A stretch of DNA of 64,000 bases from positions 160,001-224,000 of the forward strand of contig CBDBCZ010000014.1 in assembly GCA_965203295.1 (NCBI GenBank). Direction: 5' to 3'. This DNA comes from Nitrospirales bacterium (lineage in GTDB: Bacteria > Nitrospirota > Nitrospiria > Nitrospirales > UBA8639). A program made the position numbers and the translations under genes. Under the pieces are notes generated by a model. That model saw only the letters and a list, made by a program, of their open reading frames with translations. It had not been told where the DNA came from and did no database searches. Below, piece after piece: positions 35,739-64,000 of the stretch (positions are counted from its first letter, which is position 1; the number at the start of each line of letters is the position of its first letter).

Positions 35739-36997
35739 AATTCTGTGTGATGAACATTATACCTGAAGTAATGAAAACTTTATTGTGTGCTTTAAGTTTT
35801 ATATATCTTTTTTTTATTTAATCAGTCAAATTTTTCTGAGTACATGTACAATTGTCCTAAATCTATGAGCTGGAAAAAAGTAAATAGGTGCTATGGAAAC
35901 AAGCCCATGGATTTGCTGCAGCTTGGTGCAAAAGGGGCAACTGCATGGTGCGTGATGAGTATGGGTGCAAGCACTGTGTATTACAAGTACTTTCGCTCGC
36001 GCATGTACTTGTGTGTTCCACTCGCTCACTCTGTACAGATAAAAATGAAAAGTGTGACCTCTGTGTGATTTGCATGGAACAGTATAGCATCTTCTGCCAT
36101 TGAAGCAGTGCTTTTGACTAAGCCACATGTCAGTGTTGAAAACTGACTCATCACAGTGGGGGGGTAAGTATATAGTACGTGTGCACACTACACTAAAAGC
36201 TTCTTTTAGAAGCCAAAGCATGTGAATTATGTAATGTTCATGTAGTACACTATCATATGGAATGTGGAGCATCTGCCAGTGGCAGTAGCCTGATCGAGGT
36301 TTTGACAGTAGTTTTTTGCCTGAGCCATGTGGAGGCAGTAACTCAAAGGAGAGACTGCAAACAATCACAAAACCATACCCACATCAGCACATGTAGGCGA
36401 ATGGAACTGACTCCATTTAATGCACATCGTCGTAGTTTGTCTAGCATGTCTAGCGTAGCAGTTACAGCTGTGCATGGTTTGCACTTACAGGACTACACAG
36501 CCACTAACCTTCGCAATAGAGCGCGCTCGAAGTGCTGATTTGAGGCCATCGTGATAATACCGTCGGCTGTCAGAGCATCCCAACGCACGCAGCGGTCGAA
36601 ATCGTCCCAAAGCATGCGCATGCAGCGGTCGAAGTACTAATTAGCTATGTACACATATGATGACGTCACGATCTTCTCGCATATTCTCGCGCTATCGAGA
36701 TTCATTAGCGGACGTCACATCCGTTACACACGGACGGACACACGCGCACGCACGCACGCACGGACAGAACTAACGTTAAAGTATTGATTAACTAGGATAT
36801 TATCCTAAAGCTAGCTTAATCAGCGCTGTATTAAGGATGAATTAGACTCTGATGATGCTGTTAATTAAAATCAGTTGTATGACAATCAAACGTGAACAAA
36901 TACATGTACAATGTCGTGGATAACAGCAGATACAATCATTGTGTGCTAAGCATAATTATACACAGTACAATTGTAGCAATAATGAAAGAGTGATCTG

Positions 36998-39454
36998 CTA
37001 TAATGATACAATGCTTAGGGTACTTCTGTTAAAGAAATTCTTCCTCATGTATTGTCCAATGAGTGACAGAATCACGGAAGGAATAAGGGAGAGGAGAAAG
37101 CCTTGAAGACCACTGGCGTTTAATCCTCTACTTTGAAGAAGAAGATGGAATACAATAAGTATACAAATAATAGCCACAAAGATGAGAAATATGAACACTT
37201 GTAGACAGATTTTTATAAGCTATTGGCATCCATTCTGCTGAATTGCCCTATCCAGGAACACTATATGGGAAGTGATTATGATTATGCAAAATATAGCGGA
37301 AAATATGAATGCAAGTGATGACAGGACTTGTGGTGGGTATATGATGAGCAGGACTGCAATTGGAATGAAGGCAACCATGACAGAGTACAGGAACAGTGGA
37401 AGGTTTACAAGTGCTAGGAGATGTACTACAATGAAGCTACATCTTCGTGGAAATCGGCCTTGCTGTTTCTGCTTAAAAACGAATACTGCAACAGAAATTA
37501 CAACTGCTGAAAGGATGAAAGCAGTCATAACGATCTTTGTGCTGAATACAACTTTGCTACTGGTTGTACCCAATGTGGGATAGCTGAATAAAAGTCCTAT
37601 TATAAACACACCTAGATTTATGAAATTTATGCAAAATGTTACAAAAACCGTGGCTACATAAACACAGTGATATATGGGATTATTGACAATAGCATCAAAG
37701 AAGTAGGATTTGTAATCTGTATATGACCTAAGGACAAACAGGGTGAAAAGCAGAATTTGCAGTACAAATATGGCTAATAAAAGCTTCCAGCCTACTGGAG
37801 AATTTTCTAGAACCACAATCTTGCTACCGTTCTTGGTGGTGTAATACCCTTCGGAAACATACAACTTGTTCTTGGTATCAGAAACTACCGATTTTCCTTC
37901 TGATATGGCGATGTATTTTATCTGCATCATACAAGAAGAAAAAATCTTGGTGACAACATGCATGGTGGTTTTAGATATTATGAGTAAAAAATTACTTTAT
38001 TCAAATCTCCGAGATTCTGGTAATAATACTACATGACATTGTAATAAGCATGGGTTGCTGAGGTGTTTCAGCCCTTCATGAGTGCAATACCCGTGTTATT
38101 TTCCACAGCATTGTCAGCGACCCATGCTGTGACCATGACACAACAGTACTTATTTCTGTATGCCTTAAAATAAAATTAATTGGAACCTATATTTGGACAC
38201 AGCAGTTATCCCTTTTAGAAATGGCATGTGGCTATATATGTCTTTTGTGATTGACATCGGGTTACTATACGTAATACATGTAGTGGTAAACACTTGAACA
38301 CTACTCAAAAGCAGAGTGCATGCATGGTTACCAAATTATAAATCCTTACCCTCACATACAGGTAAACATCATGGTCATGATTAATATACTTTATGGGTCA
38401 ATGACCACTTAATTAAGCATGTTGTTGATTGTGCATGAGTTTATCCTAAAGTTCAAAATGTGCATGGGAAAGCTCAAAGCAGTCAGTCATTGAATGAATT
38501 GAAATATTCCCAGTTGGCATGAGAACACATGATGTTTTTTCTCAATCATGCTGCAAGTTTATTAGAGAATTGCTTCCTCACAATATTACTAATGTATTTC
38601 ATGGGGGAAAACCAATGATTCATAAGAGTATGACAGAATTGTATACTGTCAGATTGTATTGTATTATTATGGAGCTTCCCATTCCCTGAGCCAGGCCATT
38701 TAGAATAATTATACCCATTTTCAGCAGATCCTATGCATGTAGTACATGCAATATATATACGTATGGGATTCAGAAAAATACACTACTATAGTAACATAAT
38801 GTAATAGTGGCTGAATGCATGAGCATGCAAGGACTTCAATTTACACTGCGTCTGGTAAACTGGACAACCAAGTCTTAATAGTTACTCTCATGGACTCACC
38901 CTGCTTAAAAAGATAATTAGTACCTCTGTCATAACCGCTCTGCTAGGGTTGCAGAAGAGTTTATTGATGTGAAACCGGACCTCGTGTTCGAGTGAACCAT
39001 GCCCCCCGATTCCGGTAGCCATTGTGTACACAGCCCATGTCAACGTATTGTCAAATGCTAGTAGAACATCTTGACTGATGTAAGTTAGTATTACCGAGGC
39101 ACTCAATTGAAAAGTCCATTTTCCTACCCAAACGGCACCGTCGAAGTAGAACGCAGGCGGCTGCTTGTTGCGAGTGCAGCTTTGCAAGGGATCGGCAATG
39201 TCTCCTAAGGTAATCACCACTGACATTCTCATCACGTACGGAGCATATCCATCCTCGGGGAAGAAGTTTCGAATCAGCCAATGCAGCTCATTGCGATCAG
39301 TTCGAATGGCCTTCTCGAGTAGGGTGTAGTAGTGGGAGCACTGGAAGTGATGCACTTCAGGACCATTTGAGTCTCCCAGGCTGCACTCAGCTGAAAGACT
39401 CGGCTTCAGCATGCATGCGATGGCTAGAATGCAAATAAAATAGCCTTTCGCCAT
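36998..39454 (-). pseudogene. Signal-peptide, multi-pass (~7-8 TM) membrane protein of unknown function; exons 39454-38900 and 37921-36998; in-frame TAG at 37220-37222
   Basis: Exon 1 MAKGYFICILAIACMLKPSLSA (signal peptide) ends at AGG|GTGAGT, phase 0. Exon 2 begins CAG|ATA AAA TAC. ORFs 37220-37963 and 36998-37198 are in the same frame, separated by one stop, and both carry hydrophobic helices. Confidence 0.72.
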
Positions 39455-39623
39455 CTTCTACTAACAGTACGCTTAACACTGGTATAGCTAGTGATTTTTA
39501 TTGGCTTATTAATAAATCTAACAGCCGACAATCCTTCGTGACGCCATTACAGCGGTAAAATTTATTTTTTCCACAGATAATACGTGCTTTATTATCTGTG
39601 CTTTTTCAGAATTAGCCAACGCA
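39455..39623. promoter_or_regulatory. Probable bidirectional promoter/5' UTR region
   Basis: Only 169 bp separate two divergent ATGs (39454 minus, 39624 plus); contains ATTGG/CCAA and cgtgacgc CRE-like elements. Confidence 0.45.
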
Positions 39624-42262
39624 ATGGCTGAAAATATTCCACTGGAGCCTCTTTCATCCGATAATCGGAATCAGTATGATGGGTCTGCTCACTACGAAAG
39701 ATACGGAGAGCCGGGTGAGCGATTGTCAGGATAATAAATACTCCGCTAGACATTCGAACGGTGTGGGGAGATTTAATTACCATTTAGTTCTGCTCATCCC
39801 CAGAGCCATTACTGAATGACTTCTGATTAGTCATTATTTATACAGACTGCTCGATCATTTGTGTTGCATTATATTGCGTGACACCTTTGTACTACCTGCA
39901 TGTATTTAACACAGTGGTGTTCAATGGTATCTATTATGTTATTGCTTTATATAGGTACAAAAAGTGATGTGCGTCCACTGGGGATCGTGGTTATTGTTTT
40001 AGCAACATGCGTTGTGATGATGGCCACAGTCGGAGGAGTTATAGCTGTCTGTATTATCCCAGTATGTTGCACTGTACTGATTTAGCTAGCCTCGTCCCCA
40101 TGATATAGCTAAAAACAGTATAAAAAGGCTCAGAACTAGAGCCTGGGAACAACGAAACCACTCTTAAAGGACACTCCTGAAATGAGGACACCTGTACGTG
40201 TAATAAGGACACTTAATAATAAATTGCTATTTCCTAAATATGCTTTCTTAACGTAGTAGCCGTATTGATTTACCCCAGAAATGCATTATTACATGCACCT
40301 TTCTATGTACAGGACACTAAACTAGATCCCCAAGGTGTCCACAGTAGAGGGATTCCGCTGTAGATGTAGTCATTTTTAAGCACTAGGACAACTACAGTGT
40401 TTGATTAAAATAGTGTGTAATTATGTATTCGGGGGTATGATCGACCCACATTCCACCATTTTCTAATAAACCTCATGGGCAAAACTCCATACATACAGTG
40501 TGGGCCTATTAGGAACTCCCCACCAAGATTGGTCCAGGCAGCTGAAGAAGGGAAGATCCTAGAAGTACAACAGCTCATAGACGATGGCAGCAACATCAAT
40601 GACAGGGATTGTGTAAGCAGTTATTGATTGATAAGTAAATAATAAACTTATGTGTTGCTGCATGCATATGCCAGTGCACTTTTACCTCGGTAATACACTC
40701 ACAGGTACAAACACATTATTTATGTCGACAAAAACTTCCGTCCTTAATTTAGGAAGGGTCTACTGCCCTGATGAAAGCCAGCTGGAATACTGATGGTGTA
40801 ATAGCACAACGGTTAATCCAAGTTCGTTCAACTAACCTAGATTTGGAAAACAAAGTAAGCCGACATACTTAATCCAACAGTTTGAAACAACACAAAATTT
40901 AACAATGGTATTTCTAGACTTTCCATTATGGGTTTTAAATCTATAGGTTGGACAAACAGCACTCATAAACGCAGTATTTGCAAGCTCTTCCAAAGTTGTG
41001 GATCTCCTTATTCAAAATGGTGCTAACTTGGACATACAAGATCAGGTAATTAACTACTATGAAATGGATAAAAACTACAGCCATATAATAGCTATAGCTG
41101 TATACATACCAGGCACCACCTGTGGAAGTGTTTGGTCACTGAAAAAGCTCTAGGTATAGCTATGTAGAGTTGTTGCTGGGCTGGACTGTATTGTTCAACG
41201 ATCCTGGAAGAACTGACAACTTGGTTACGGCTAATCCCACCATCAAAGATAAGGGGGATCTTCTCAACTAATTAAAATAGCTTTTGAAAGGCCCTACCTA
41301 TACTTGCATGTGATAGACCTTATCCCTCTACATCTCGCTCACTCCTGCACATGCAGTTTGGAGAAAGTGCCCTGATTCATGCTGCCTGGATTGGAAATAT
41401 TCGTATCGTCCGTGCTCTGATTGCTGCTAATGCCAATGTGAACCTTCGTGATCGGGTATCTGACAATGTAGTCTCGTCCCCAGACCCTCTACTCACCTGT
41501 ACTTTTAAAAAAATACAAACAGAGGAGGAGAGTCTGTTTGATACAGAAGGCTAGGCTTGATGGGATGGGAGTAGCTTGTCTATGGTAAACTTGGAGTGAT
41601 AATTGGGGTGTGAAGTAGTGTGATAAAAATGATTTTTAAAGCAGGTGCAGGGAGGGTCTGCGGATGAGACTAATGACAAAGTTGAAGATGGATTACAGTA
41701 CATGTAGCTACATTTGATTTTGAATTTCTCCTGTATGCAGTTTGGAGAGACAGCACTTTTTAAGGCTTCCTACAGAGGATGGAGTGAAGTAGTTACTAGC
41801 CTCATTCAAGCTGGTGCTGCTGTTAATGCCCAGGATATAGTGAGCATTGTATAGTTCACAGTGCATGAATCAACTTTATATTGGTGTTGTTCAGTGCGTG
41901 CAGTGGTAATTCATAATTCATTGATAATTGCATTCATAATAATTGCATTCAATAGACTGGAGAAACACCACTACATAATGCAGCTGTTGCTGGACACACT
42001 GCAGTGATTGAAGCGCTGGTTAATGCTTGTGCAAGTGTGCTATTAAAAGACGGAGTGAGTTTTTGCCATAGCTACCAGATCAATCACATTTTTATATAAA
42101 ATGGGTCTTAATAACCTTCTCTAGGTTGGAAACACTCCTCAAGACTTGGCCATGACTCATGGTCACGAGGAAGTTGCTGCTTTACTTGATCCTAGTGGTC
42201 CACTGCCTGTGTCTGCCATGTCAGCTAATTGTACAGATATTTTGAAGAAAAAGAAACTGTAG
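39624..42262 (+). CDS. Membrane-anchored ankyrin-repeat protein, 9 exons (39624-39714, 39955-40061, 40499-40612, then ~40753, 40947, 41357, 41741, 41956, 42125-42262)
   Basis: MAENIPLEPL...; TM exon LGIVVIVLATCVVMMATVGGVIAVCII; ankyrin exons GSTALMKAS, GQTALINAV, GESALIHAA, GETALFKAS, GETPLHNAA, GNTPQDLA; stop TAG 42260-42262; phases consistent. Confidence 0.88.
40150..40342. mobile_element. Degenerate Tc1/mariner-type MITE
   Basis: gaaaccactcttaaaggacac... / ...ggtgtccacagtagaggg-attccgctgta; a related copy lies at ~3478-3615. Confidence 0.5.
41469..41672. mobile_element. TAGTCTCG-type MITE in an ankyrin-gene intron
   Basis: tagtctcgtccccagaccct / agggtctgcggatgagacta; flanks ctgacaatg/atgacaaag. 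Confidence 0.7.
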
Positions 42263-42479
42263 TGCTAGCGCTATATGTACGTATGTAAATTTATATCACT
42301 CACTTATAATTATATATGCCATGATCTCTATTATCAGCAGATAAACAGTGCAGGATCACCAATATAACCATAATTATGGAAGCCACTCTGCATACTCACT
42401 ACTCAGAATGCTATACTTGCGCGTGTAGTCTCGGGTACATGTATGTGTAACCCCAGGTTACTGGACACATACCTAGTAG

Positions 42480-42695
42480 TACTAATACCTAGACAATATT
42501 TATGTATAGTTGACACTCAGTCTCTGTTTGTTAGGCCTACAGGACCATGCATTGTCTCGCTATTGCTATATTGCTGTCCTTGCATGGTGTATGTTCTATC
42601 AGGCCTAAGGCAATATTATGTATAATTGACACTCAGTCTGTGTTTCTTAGGCCTAAGGGGCCATGCATTGTCTCGCTATCGCATATAAATTGCTG
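42480..42695 (+). repeat. Imperfect direct repeat, ~115-120-bp period
   Basis: caatatt-atgtata-ttgacactcagtct...ccatgcattgtctcgctat occurs twice. Confidence 0.75.
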
Positions 42696-43217
42696 TACTG
42701 TATGTCTGAAAAAAGGGGAAAAGCATTGCCGTGCCTGAGAAAGACGTTGTGCTATTACACAAAGAGATCCCGACCGCAACACATGGGGGCTTGTCCGGGA
42801 TGCGAGAGAGTGTATCTGCGGCTGAATTCTGCCTTCCGGGGCGGTACTCAATGACCTGGTCTGATTCCTGTAGAGCAAGTCCCTGACGGCCAACGACGGC
42901 GCGGGTTCCTTAGCTTTGTTTGTCGGCAGGGAACGCGAGTAGCACAATGCCTCCCGCCCCCTCGACACCCTATTTTCCAGCCTGGTTTCCTCTATTCTGA
43001 GCATGGGGGGAGTGTGGCCTTCATCGCCCTGTGCGCACCGTGTGCATGTGACTGCAGTTGGTACGTGTGCGGTGGGAGGGGCTGGGCACGAGACGGAGCG
43101 TAGCCTGTCACGTGCAGTGTCTGCAAACGGCTCAAACGTAGCTGTTTTTTTTTTAGCTAAGCCTTTTAGTATGCATCAGCTCTTGCTTCCTTAGCTCTGC
43201 CGTGTGAACGAGGACCC

Positions 43218-64000
<20,783 letters not shown>

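Noticed and set aside
35826..36538. ORFs of 70-180 aa between GHR and the multi-TM gene
   Set aside because: No motifs or splice support; probably repeat-derived.
36540..36790. Helitron-like end with (GCAC)n and repeated gcagcggtcgaa
   Set aside because: No convincing terminal hairpin plus CTRR, and no second boundary.

Overview
Intron-rich animal genomic DNA, most likely a demosponge (inferred from gene families and repeat types). No prokaryotic features, CRISPR or rRNA. The ORF track is mostly exon fragments and low-complexity artefacts, so genes were rebuilt by hand from GT-AG junctions and reading-frame continuity. Contents: (1) a recent tandem duplication (offset 19,845 bp at the window start) of an SRCR/FN3/Ig single-pass receptor gene; copy 1 is 5'-truncated by the window edge (457-7543) and copy 2 is complete (12181-27402). 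(2) In intron 1 of copy 2, a three-level nest: pogo/Tc1-like relic > P-superfamily element (39-bp TIRs, 7-bp TSD) > MITE-like foldback. The P element's transposase stops just after the catalytic core, and a P-transposase C-terminal-domain-like protein is encoded as a separate spliced gene on the opposite strand. This apparently split two-gene P element is the most novel-looking item. (3) An orphan sigma-class GST terminal exon, then a 4-exon glutathionyl-hydroquinone reductase (Xi-class GST, CPWA motif). (4) A signal-peptide, multi-TM gene with an in-frame stop, head-to-head with a TM-anchored ankyrin gene that has one repeat per exon. (5) The 5' part of a very divergent IP3-receptor-like channel apparently lacking canonical IP3-binding motifs. 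Many MITEs, a LINE fragment, a tRNA-derived SINE head and a 1.4-kb TG-derived array are also present.
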